From Lingula anatina (Eukaryota; Animalia; Brachiopoda): DNA of 64,000 bases. Position numbers and translations under genes: made by a program. The notes below the pieces were generated by a model. The model saw only the letters and a program-made list of their open reading frames with translations. It was not told where the DNA came from and did not search any database. Shown in pieces: positions 1 through 12,100 of this stretch; position 1 is the stretch's first letter; every line of letters starts with the position of its first letter. The DNA lies in the NCBI GenBank assembly GCA_051362555.1, contig CM120641.1:46940401-47004400 (forward strand), given 5' to 3'.

Positions 1-28
1 GCACTCAAAGTAAATAGTGTATACCTAC

Positions 29-158
29 CAGACACCGGATTCAAGTAGAAAACGTTGCCAACATCCGGGTTAGTTATTTCAAATGTGACTACACTGCTGT
101 CATTATCCTCTGCTTTCACAGTAATGATGACTTCATTGGTCCGAGTATCCTCAGGTAC
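29..158 (-). CDS. Gene A exon, cadherin repeat (VPEDTRTNEVIITVKAEDND...)
   Basis: Cadherin PE and AxDxD motifs; AG/GT boundaries; not in the ORF track. Confidence 0.8.
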
Positions 159-3100
159 CTATATCGTGGGAGTGATATACCAGCAGTTATTACATGATAT
201 GATAATATTGTTTTTTTTAATAAAACGGTGCGACATGCACATGATAATGCGTATTTAATATATATGAAGTTATGAAACCAACTGTCACAAAGAAGCATAT
301 ATATATTTTTCTGCGGGAAACCGTGCCTGTATTAACCCATTCACGGCCAAACGTCACTTTTTAATACTGTTAGTGATACCTGAACAAAACCAGCTTGCTT
401 TTGATGGAGTGTTACCTCTTAAGGTGTCTTATGATTTAAGAGATGAAATATACTTACTGCTTATAGTATTTACTTTACTACACACTTGATTTTTATTTCA
501 AGTTGGCTTTTGTAGATGACAAAAAGGGTAATGCGACAAACATCATGGGAATATCCGATATACGATAAAGGGGAGGGGGATTCACTTTTGACCCAACCCC
601 GCTGCGAAGAAAGGCATTTCAAAATAAATTCTACAGTATGAAGCACGTAAAACAGGCCAAAGTGGGTCTCAATGTATTTGTTCTTCCTTTTTAGGCAGAA
701 AGAAAGACTTTAATCCAGTAGACTTTGGTCTATTAGGAGGGGTACGTACGACAACTTTCATTACGCTCATGTACATGCATAGCTAATTTTAATAAAAGAC
801 ACACAATGACGCACTGTACCTCTATTCCATAGGATTGTTCGCTAAAGACTGGTGGATAGACGTTAGATGTCGCCACTTGCACAGTAAGACTCGTCGACGC
901 GTTGTAGACTCCGTCAGATATCCACACATTGACACTGTAAGGACCGTCTAGGAGGTCCAGAGGTCTTAATACGCGAATAACTCCACTTTCGGAATTGATT
1001 CCAAACAAGCCGCCGACGTCACTCGTGATTGCATAGCGAATTGTCCCTAAGGAAATGATTACATTCATAATGTAGACAAGGTTTTTGACATTATAGAAGA
1101 AGAAAAGTAATAACTTACATTGTATATTGCATAGTGCAGTGTTTATTAGTAAAATGATTGTGGGCGAATTGATGCGCAGCTGTTACAAATTTGCGGATAC
1201 AATAAGAAACATTTATACATTTGGGTCTACAATCCATTATGAATATAAATAAGTCAAGAAAAACTTTGGATTGTCTGTGAAGAGAATTGATTGTTAAAAT
1301 CCAGAACAAAAAGTAGCCAATTACCTGTTGAATCGACATCGTAGGCATTCACAGCGTATATCTCCCTATTCACTGGAGTGTCCGCGGAGAGCAGAATGGG
1401 GCCAGTTTCTGGGGCTATCATTGGTGGGTTATCGTTGACGTCACCAACCGTCACCTCCACTTTGACGGAACCAGAGCGCCGCGGCGTTCCAGCGTCTACG
1501 GCGACAATTGTTATGTTATACAAGGCCTTTGTTTCTCTGTCTAATGGACCGGTAGTCCTGAGAACGGCGGTGCTCTCTTCCAGTGTAACGTTAAACGACA
1601 AAGTGGCGCCGTACAAGATAAAATAGAGAAGTTGTCCATTGTCGCCCGAGTCGATATCGGTTACACTCGTGCGAAGGACTGCTGTACCGCTCGGCGCGTT
1701 TTCTAACACAGTGATGGAATACTCGCTCTTTTCAAAAACTGGAGGGTTGTCATTGACATCAATTAAGAACACGGATACAATGGCCTCGGCGGATTTGGAA
1801 CCTGTTGGTGGACTGCCATTGTCTTCTGCAATAACTGTAAATTGATAGGAATTGACGCGTTCAAAGTCCAGTACCTCCGTGGTCCTGATGGCACCAGTTG
1901 TTCTATTGACACGAAAAGGAACGCTCTGACTGGGGTCAAGCGAGTAATGTATCGTCTGCCAGGTGTCAATGTCAGTTGCCGCAACATTCCCGACCTCAGT
2001 TCCAGAACTTTCTTCCTCCGCTACGGAGAAATTAAAGCGATCAGAATTAAAAGTGGGTGCGTGCCTATTCACAGGTACCACCTCAACAGTGACTTCTGCA
2101 GTTTCTACACCTTGATTTGGAGGGTCTCCTTTGTCAACTGCGTAGCACTGGAAGACATAAGGAGACGACGAGGTGCTTAGAGCAGATGCAGTGTAAATTA
2201 TTCCAGTTTCGGCATTGACTAGAAAATGGCCATCTGGATTAACGCTTCCGTATGTGACTTCCCCGTTTGCTCCAACGTCCAAATCCGACGCGGTTAACTG
2301 CAAAACGGACGAATTCACCGGAGCGTCTGTCTCTATTGCAGCTGAAAAACGCAGTGGTGTAAAAACAGGCGCATTGTCATTGACGTCAAGTACGTGGACA
2401 TCAATGAGCAGCTGTCCAGTCTTAGGTTGGTCACCGTCATCCACTGCCACAACTGTTAAGGTTATAAGCTCAGTGCTCTCTCTGTCCAGCGCTGATGATA
2501 TGGTTATTTCACCTGTCTCAGCGTTAACATTAAAGTTAGAAGCGTTGGCACCCACAACAGCCATCATTCTGTATGTCACATTACTGTTACCAGAGTCTGC
2601 TACAGACGCCGTGTGTATCACGGTGCCGGCTGGCGCAGCCTCACTTACATTGACAGAGACGTAAGTTTGGTCAAATACCGGAGGGAGAGCGTTAACTCTG
2701 GAGAACCTGATGGTGTACGTGTGGGTACCATCAGATGTCGAGTACAGATCTACAATATGTAGAAGGTCTACGTCATTCACTTTACTTAACCAGACGTTGT
2801 CAGGCAGAATTGATTGGCTGTCGTCCCTGGTGACGGATGAAACGGTCAGTGACGTGTCTCCGGTGTACTCTGCTCTGGCATAATTCCACCCAGCGCTTGC
2901 GTACCGGACTGTTATCTACAACAGGATAAAATACAACATATACAATGTAGCACTCATATACTGGATACAGATGATCTCTGTGGGCACATTGTAAATATTT
3001 GTGACTAGTGACACAGATTGGACATCAACTGTTTCCTAAGTTCATATATTTTCCCACAATAACTTTCAAACTAGTGCACCATCGGTAGATCCCGGATTTT

Positions 3101-6100
3101 CCTTTGGGTGGGTGCTTGGGGGTGGGGCAGGATTGGGTATGGGGGAAGACAAAACATGGGATATAAATCGTCACACTGCGAATAGGACGTCTTTCATGAA
3201 GCGTAAGTTCTCTTACAACAAGTTCATATAACCTTACTTTTCAGGCCTTTGGACGGAATATCTCAACGCTTAAGAAATAACACATTAAGTATACGGATGC
3301 AATTCAAGCCCAATCATATAATCTGATTAAACTCGAATAACAACAGTTTCGGAAGTAGGTGTACATGTATGACAAAATGATATTTCGCACAGTAATTGAA
3401 ACTCTTTGTATTTTCTTACGGTTACGACTTTTCCCGCGCTGTACTCCTCATTGGTAATATTTGCCGGATATACTGGATACGGATTATTTCCATCGTGGCT
3501 AGTATATATGACATTGGGCATCAAGTCCAAACTTCGCTCCGGCATGACAAGGAAATCCGGTATGCCATCATCCGGCTGCGCACGGATCACGTGAAGTAAT
3601 TCGAAGAATTCAACCGATTCTAGTACCGAAAGCTGAGGGTCGCCTAGGATGTAATCAGAAGATAAATTTAAAATGTATTTCACATATTTAAAAGATGCAA
3701 AAAAGTTAAAGCATTACAAACACATGGAAATTTCAAAAGTAATGCTTAGATAAATGAATGCACTGCACTTAAAATTTACCTGTGACTGTAAAATCTGAAT
3801 ACTAAATACTCTTATTCGTGTCCTTTCTTACACAGAAACTTACCCAGTGGATTGACATTTTCAAAGGTGGCGGAATAATTAGAGAATTTTCCCGGCAGTG
3901 ATGACGTCATTATCCATCGCGCCATCTTGGTCGTCTTGGGGAGGATATCGCCAAAATTTACAGTCAGTGAAGTAGATGCCGGCTGAAGTCCAAGCTGAGC
4001 GCCAATTATTTCAAAAGTAATAAGCAAACCCTTTTCGTTTTCAATGATTTCAGGCTGGGCTGACGTTATCTTCATTTGGTTGGCTGTACCATATCCCTCG
4101 TTTATCACTAATACACCCAGAGAGAATGGGACTGACGGCTCCACGACATCTGCATGAGGTAGAATACATACAAAGGAAAACATTATGATATGGACACAGA
4201 AAATAATGTGAGTATGGCTATATGCAATGAGGCCGTTTTATTTAATCTGCTTATAAAAGTATGACGGATAAAATGCATAGGTATGTAGAATGATTAAGGT
4301 GTGTATAATTGAAAGTATTCTCTGAACAGAAAACGCGCAAAAATAATAGGTTATCAGTTACCATCCACAATCCTCCGAATAGGAAATATCTATAAAATTC
4401 GTAAAATAACACTGTATGAGCATGACGTCACACGGGTGGGTAAAATGACGTCATATGAGGTCAGACTCACCTGTCGTGAAGGGGTCGTCACCTTGAACGT
4501 ACTTCTCCAGGAAGTACTTAATGTAAAGTCTGGGGTCCGGTTTTACGGTGACCGTGTCAGGAAATAGTGGCACTCTAATATCTTCTCCGTTCACAGTGTA
4601 ATATAATGTTCCACCTTAAAAGTAAGTGATAAAGTATAGTTATGTTGGGATTAATTTTAAAAGGGTCATAAAATTAATTGGGTTTGTTAGAGGAACGTGC
4701 ATCGAATACTTACATGAAACGTGGAGTAGGCATATGTGTTTTTGAAGAGAAATGGTTAACCATTAAAACACAAATTCTTTGTTAGACCTTTTTAAACAAA
4801 TCATTGTTTCAATATGTTTAAAAATAGTAATAATAATAAAACTAATTAAATGCAACACAAAAATTGAATTGTTAATCACACGTTTTAACCGTATATTGTA
4901 AACGTAACGCTCTTGTTATCACGTGCTATATTTATCAATACCTCGTCATTGAACTGATGACGTCACGTACCCATGTCATACTGCGTGTCCTCAGTGGGGG
5001 CAGCGTCACTGTATGGCACTATTAACCACACTGCACTGCCATCTTGACCTGGAGCTAGCGACCCATTACCTGACACACCCGTCAGTCCTGTCAGCTCTGG
5101 CTCACCTAACAGTATGTTAAGAACGAGAACGTGAAAGAATGACCTGCCCACACTGTTATAAAACACGCGCGCGCGCGCGCATGCATGTACGCACGTAACC
5201 ACACACACAGAGTTGCACACACGTATTCATGACTACCTACAAGAGGACCCATACAACACTACACAAATATGTTGGACATATTTACACTAGAAGCAACTAG
5301 AAGGTTTCTAATAAGGAAGAAAACATAAGCAACATTACCTATAGAAAACAGATGGGTGGAAACGTCACCCGTGTCTGTGTGTTTTATAAAGATCTCAACA
5401 CCGATATTTTCCAAGGCGTTCACATCACCATTTTCGATCTCAAGCTTTGCTTCAAAGGCGTCTCTGGTTAGAACCAGCTCCTGCACAATTTGTATTCGTA
5501 CCTTGGCACAGACGCCCTTTGCCTGAAATATGACAAAGGTACAGAGGTCAAATTAATTCATGAACGCACGCCAGGGAAGAAGCAAAGAGCAGGTGAGCAT
5601 TTAGTATTTACCTCACTAAATGTTTTAAATGTTCTTTTTCGCACGGGGCGTTTTCAAAAGCGACCTTTTATTTTTAAACGAAGCAAAATGCGGGCTTACT
5701 ATGTGAACATTGGGTCCTTTGCATAACTTAAAATCAGTTTTTAGTTGGGTTTTCAACAATGTTTAAGTTTCATATACTGAGCATATTCGTCCTACATTAC
5801 TTACTGTTGAAGCTTCCACAAATTGTTGATTTGCTTTATTAAACCATTCGAATATCGAGGCCGATCCCTCCTGTAATGTATAGAGATATCGTACATTTAG
5901 AAGTAAGACCAGACCGAGCGATAAAACAATGGTAACCATTCAGTTTTAACAATCCAGAACAACTGAAGACAGAGTTTGCATATATATATTGTTGTGTGTG
6001 TGTGTGTGTGGGTGGTGGTGGTGGTGGGGGGGGGGGGGGGGGGGGGGGGGGAGGGGGGGGGAGCAGGTCATAAGCAAAAACGCTTTCGTTCTCCACAGGC

Positions 6101-9100
6101 AGTGGAGCGCCCTCAATCACTGATTATTTTTTACATTATTTCAAACATTAATATACCCAGAGTATGGAGTGTAACTACATGTACGGAATGTTCGCAAGCT
6201 TACTTCATTCTACATATTGACTGACGAGGGAACCTGGCTTATGCTAAAGCAAATTAAATTTACTAATAAAAACACGACTGTTGCAAATTTTGGTCGTTTT
6301 TTTAGTACCACCTATAGAAGGCAAATTTAACTTTGATTAAATGTGACCTCCATGTGGAAACATACATTTTTGGCGTCTTGGGTATCGTTGACCAGCTTAT
6401 CAAACCTCTGGAACGCCTCCGTGTAGTTCACCATCCCAGCGCCCTGTAGCGTCCCGGTCGCCCATGCGGCCAGTGTGTTGTTCAGTTTGGTCACTACATT
6501 CTCCATCATAGAATCCGTCATGTTAGTTGGGTTGGTGCCGCGTATCCCCTGTAGCTCTGTCATCGTTATTAATTGACCGCCGTCACTGTCGTCTGCCGTT
6601 AGGGGGCGCAGTGTGTTCAGCCACCACTGACTGGGGTCTACGTGTTGCCTGTGGGGGAAGAATTTGAGATATCTTACAAACTACCGGTATCTGCCTGTGA
6701 TATATAAAGTACATGTATATAGGGGGTTACTTTTATTGCTGTTGGATATTGCAACTGAGAGGTTTTAATTAATTTTGCATTTGATATTAAAATAAAGTGT
6801 GGAATGGTAAATTCAACAAGACCATAATCAAATGTAAATCAAATGTACAAAATTGTAGAGGGGGACTTACCATACTTCAGGGTCATCGACAAACATTATC
6901 AGAAAGTCTGCAAAATTCTGAAGCGAATATATCCGACTGGCCAGGATAGGAGCGATTTCTTCCTTGGTGAGTAGACTGATTGCTCTACGTTTTCGTGTGA
7001 ATGGTATGGGGATGGGTTGACATGCTCCAAGCAGAGTATGTATACATCTGCAGAATCAGATACAGACACTGGTATTAGTATAGGTTGGGAAAATCTGATG
7101 ATACACGGAAAACATACTGGTATAAGTTAGAAATTGTGCGTGTACACTATAAAAATGAAAGGAGTTAGGACAAAACAATGGTGCACATCCCCGTTCTAAG
7201 GGGAAGAATACGGGCCCAGTTGAACCCCTTATTCCTGCGTGGTATAACACTTGTAAGGTGGCAGAATGGTCCAATGTCAATAGGCCAGCTTTACGCCACA
7301 TGCCCGAATACTGACCCTCGGTTAAAATATCAATTTTTACTGTAATATTTATTTTTACTAAATTTTATTCACTGCTTTCAGAATAAAAACCGTCAGGATT
7401 GTTCCCCTTTTTTCCCACAAATATCGGGTGTGTATTTGCGGAGAAAAAAAAAAGCAATGAAAATGGAGACATAATTTGTCATACATGAGAGGCACTTTGA
7501 AACTGTCATGAACACATGCGCAGTGACCTACCTAAACCCTCCCCAAAATGGTGCAGCTGGCGCCAGGAATGGTACACAGGCAAAAGCAACGTCGGCAGCG
7601 TCCAGAAACCAGCCAAAAGCTCCACGCCCCCCGAGTGCGCCTGGCCGAAGTTTGGTCCCCACGGTGTACCCACAGGCAAAGGGAGCTTTAAAAGAAGATC
7701 TAAGCTCAAGGGATTTAGAATTATAGAAAATACGTGATCGGTTTACTAGGGCGTTTTTGAGGATTGTGTTTTTTTTTTTCGGACATAAACTAATATAACC
7801 CAACACGCTGTACATGTATGTTACGAGTATTAAGTTAAAGTGCAGGAACAATAATTCGTATTTTTTGTGGCTGACTTCCTTCAAAACAAAGCAAAATACC
7901 TCAACAAACACTACAGTACATATCGAATGCAACTATGAAAACCATTTCATTTTTTGTATATATAGGTTGGTGACATGATAGTTGGTCACCGTAAAAACAA
8001 AAACATTTTCATGTTGTTAAATGACACATATCAAACTGATGCTCAATGTTTCCATATTAAAATGGGGTGTTTACAACGTTGGTTTTCTCAAGATTAAGGT
8101 CGGTCTCGCTAGTTAACCAACTTGATTAAGTTTTTATACTGGTTTAAGGTAAAAGAATTGCACAAATCATCACTAACATTCCCCTACTTACGAAAAGGTA
8201 TATTTGCTAAAATACAGTCAATGGCGGTCACAGCACAGTTTTCACAAGACACCTCCCGTAACACGACAGGTCCGGAGGCCCTTACACCGGCATGTCCTAT
8301 AACGATATGTCCTATAACTTTTTAAATTTTATTTACCAAAACACCAATAATCATAGGAAAACTCTACTTGTTAGGAACTGAAATTCTTAAATTCTAAAGA
8401 TGTGAACGCTGACAGTTTGTAACAGTGCCTAATATATGTATGAATATTAACTAAAAAGATATTTCTACATTTAAGTAAAATTTTATTTTGTTTATGCAAA
8501 TATTATAAATTATGTGCAATTATAGCTTTCACATACTGTTCACGTGGTTTCATGCGGTCACCACGACACTCACCTCTACAGCAGCCCAAGCGTCCCACGT
8601 GGAGGATACACCTCGAACTTCCGCTCCTTCGATGAGTAGGCATAGCCACACTACGCGTGATTAACGTTCTACAGAAATAGGAGTAGACGGCACGGAAAGA
8701 GAAACCGCATCTGAAATAAAATATTTAAAAATCCAGTCTGGCTGTGAAAACTATGATTATGAATTAAATTATGATTTATACAAAAATATGCCTTTGCCGT
8801 AGTAACTTTCAAAGTGTAAATTTTGCTGTCTAAACATTCTGGTTGAGGCTACATGGCTACATGTACTACAAAACTACTATTTTATTTCGACCGTTTTGCA
8901 GTCTGTTGTATTGCAGTGCGCCTTCACCCAGAATGTCGCAGTTCCTGTCTAGTTAAGTAAAGGTCTACCGTGTAACTTCGATCAGGGCAACATCACATAA
9001 GGTCATTTAGAGCAAGCTGTGCTCGATTTCCTTAAGATGAATAATCAGTTACCAAAGTGTTACCGTCAGAAAATAAAAAAAGTCGATTTAAGAAGTTTCA

Positions 9101-12100
9101 CGAAGTACATGCATATATCAGAGGTCCGGACATATTGCACCATAAAAAGAGACATAATGCAGCGTGCAAGGGTGCAGGTGGTGAGTATTAACTATTCCAA
9201 AAGGTCACATGCCAGGGGCAAATTGTCAATTTAAAACGTGATATCGGAGTTAGAATAAAACAGACAAGATATCCAGTAACAATTTTAAAGGCCAGATATC
9301 CAGTAACAATTTTAAAAGGCCAGATATCCAGTAACAATTTTAAGTTTTCATAAATATGCATGCGTTCTTTTCAAATCTTGCCCGATAGAGGTCAATCAGT
9401 TTGGGCGTGACCAAGTCTTCTCTAAAGGACCATTCCCAGCCCTACTAGCTTACTAACTTTGGATTGATCTATCTATTGGGGATTCTCGCTAAATTGCTAT
9501 CATTTACAGCGCTATTGAAGCTGCTAGGGGGTAGATAATGATCGTTTAGCAGCTTTAATAGACGTGTCAGACAACTAAGCCACTTAAGCTGAAAGCAATT
9601 TAGCGAGAAACCCCTTGGAGATGGATCGATCCTGTTAGATCGATCTAGGCATGGGATCCCAGTCTTAGACTCACCCCGATCCTCCTGTGGCTCGTTTCCT
9701 TCTCACTGTGGCTACAGCAGTGGCCTCGTCAGGGTGAGCGCCGCAGCCATAAACCTTCACCGAGAACTGGATGGAACTGTTGGCGGGAATGTCGCCGAAG
9801 ACAGTGTCGTCTGCCTGGAAAACAGTTTCAAAAATTTAAATTCGAAGCAAAGGGTATCCACCCTTGTCATATTTTTGATATTAATGTACAGTGAAAGAGT
9901 TTGCTTCAGAGTATGCAGCACAGTTTTTTCACCCCGAGTCTTATTGGTAAGAAAATTTAAGATTTAGACATATCCGATCAAAAAAGCACTAGGCTTTATT
10001 TGATTACAGCAAAGCCTTACCAATCGAAATCTTAAAAACGGGTGATCGCTGGCTGACGGCAAAGAGAAACCGAAGTCGTTTGCCCGTATGAGCCCATGGT
10101 TTGTGGCTGTAATAGTGATGGTAGTATAAGCACAGCTCTCCAGTAAATCCAGGTCCAGTGACTTTGGCTCCAGAGTGACCACAGGGATCGGGACCTGAGT
10201 TGTAAAATCTGCTTCCAACCTTATTATGTACTCATCTGTGAACGTTACGGGTGTCACGAACCATCTGCAGGAAATAATGTCATAAGCTATTGTATATAAT
10301 ACATGATGTTTAAATGTACATGTTGCAGTATCATGTAGGAATGATATGAGAAGTATTTGAGGTTGCGAAACATTAAAACTGCCAAGGCTTTTATTTCTGC
10401 AGGCAAATTATAGTGCTTACTTATGTAAATACAAATCCATAACATTTATATTATGACGGAGTTTATCTACTTGTATTGTTTGATGTAAAATAATAACAAA
10501 AATAGCAGAACTGAAATATTTAATACTACAGCTTTTACTATATATCTTAATTAGGACTTAATCTGGTACACGTATGCAGGCATACAGGCAACATCATAAG
10601 CGGCAGAGCAGAGACGTTGGCCCTACCTCTCTCTCCTTTCTCTCCTTTATCTATAAAACGCTCTTTTAGTCCAGTGACGGAGAACAGATGTTTAAGAATA
10701 CAAAATCAACTTTTTAACTGATATGAGGGTGACAGGCAGATACCTGACGGTGACTGTAGTTCTCTCCAGAAAGACGCGAACAAGATTCTCCTCCCTGTTG
10801 GCTTCAATCACCTTGGAAACCGGAGTGTGCTTGTCTGCCGAGGCGTAGACATCATAGAACGACTCCAGTACGTCCCTGAATACGGCAATGCCTGGAAAAA
10901 TGGGGATAACCCGAGAGGTAAATGGTGACACCCTTTTCTCGATATGTATCAGTTATTGTTAGTTAAGTTAGACAAGTCTCTGAATGCAATACATACAATG
11001 TGCTTCCTCGGAGGAAAGAACCAAAATCATAACAGGGGCCAAGAAGGAATTTTCATTATGGAACAGTATAGTTTTATAGTTTTGGCCATTGCTAAGTCTA
11101 TTCGCATGTGGTCTTGCTGGTCTTTGTTATCTACGCTTGTCTAACGGAAAAAATAATGGCACATACCCGAGGCATTGGTTACGGCGGTTAACCGAATATT
11201 TTCCAATTTATTTCTCAGTGTTACTGTAGCGTTGGCAAGATACGGCCTGTCGTCTGCGAAGTACGTGTATTCATCCTCCGCAAGAACTATTATGTCGACG
11301 AGCCGTGAAGAGACAGTGGTGATTCTGTAGAAAAGGAATAAAAAAATGTTGTTTCACACAAATAACTATGTATTACTGTCTTGTAGAACACCACAACATG
11401 TTATCGATTCACAGAACAGCAAAGAAAATGAAAAAAATGAAATTAGTATAGGGTGAACGAAAAAAATCTGCCTAACCTCAATAACGAATTATTTGTTAGC
11501 TCCCTTTATTAACAGCAGGTGACTAAATTCACCAAGCAGTGTGTCGGATTTTACTATCCTAGCTCTGTGGTTAAGCTGACCATTTAATAAATGCTGACCG
11601 TTTAGAGATGGTTCCATTAGATCATAAGGCGTTAAATGTAGGCCTACAATTCTTTACTTCTCACAATAATGAAAATCCAGAAACTCATTTACATGTCCAT
11701 ATATCGATATCATCACGGGATATTACCTAAATCCTAAGTCTGAACCAACTTCATCAGACCGAACAGCAATGTTTCCCGTTGTTCTGCCTAACGCAGCGTC
11801 TTCCTGCACCCGTGCCGAAAGGATCAGAAGTGCCGACTCTCCAGGTTCTAGCTGAAACTTACGTCCGGCCGTTGATGGATCTTTTACCTTGCTGAACGAT
11901 GCCAGGGATAAAATGTCCACTGTTGGCAGTATTACGTGAACGTTGTGCGCCGCGACGAGGCCAGTATTTGTGACATTTACCTGGATTTAAAAAGAACGAC
12001 ATATAATATTGTTTTTGTAGAAGTACATGAGTTTATTAGAAGTACATACGTTTATTAGAAGTGCTGTGTCTATAACCCCATGTACATGTACAGTGTATAA

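Noticed and set aside
1378-2664. Plus-strand ORFs opposite the large exons (also 42524-47913)
   Set aside because: Antisense shadows of coding exons with no domain motifs or splice structure.
1254-2780. Naming gene A as Fat/Dachsous/protocadherin or bark, and gene B as vitellogenin/MTP
   Set aside because: Only individual domains match; the overall architectures differ, so no gene symbol was assigned.
5839-6224. ORFs with poly-Pro / poly-Gly tracts
   Set aside because: They are translations of the (GT)n/(GGT)n/poly-G tract inside an intron; the real exon nearby is 5805-5870 in another frame.
9267-9343. Short direct repeats as a possible CRISPR-like array (also the 103-bp repeats at 55033)
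   Set aside because: No unique spacers, no cas genes, eukaryotic intronic context.
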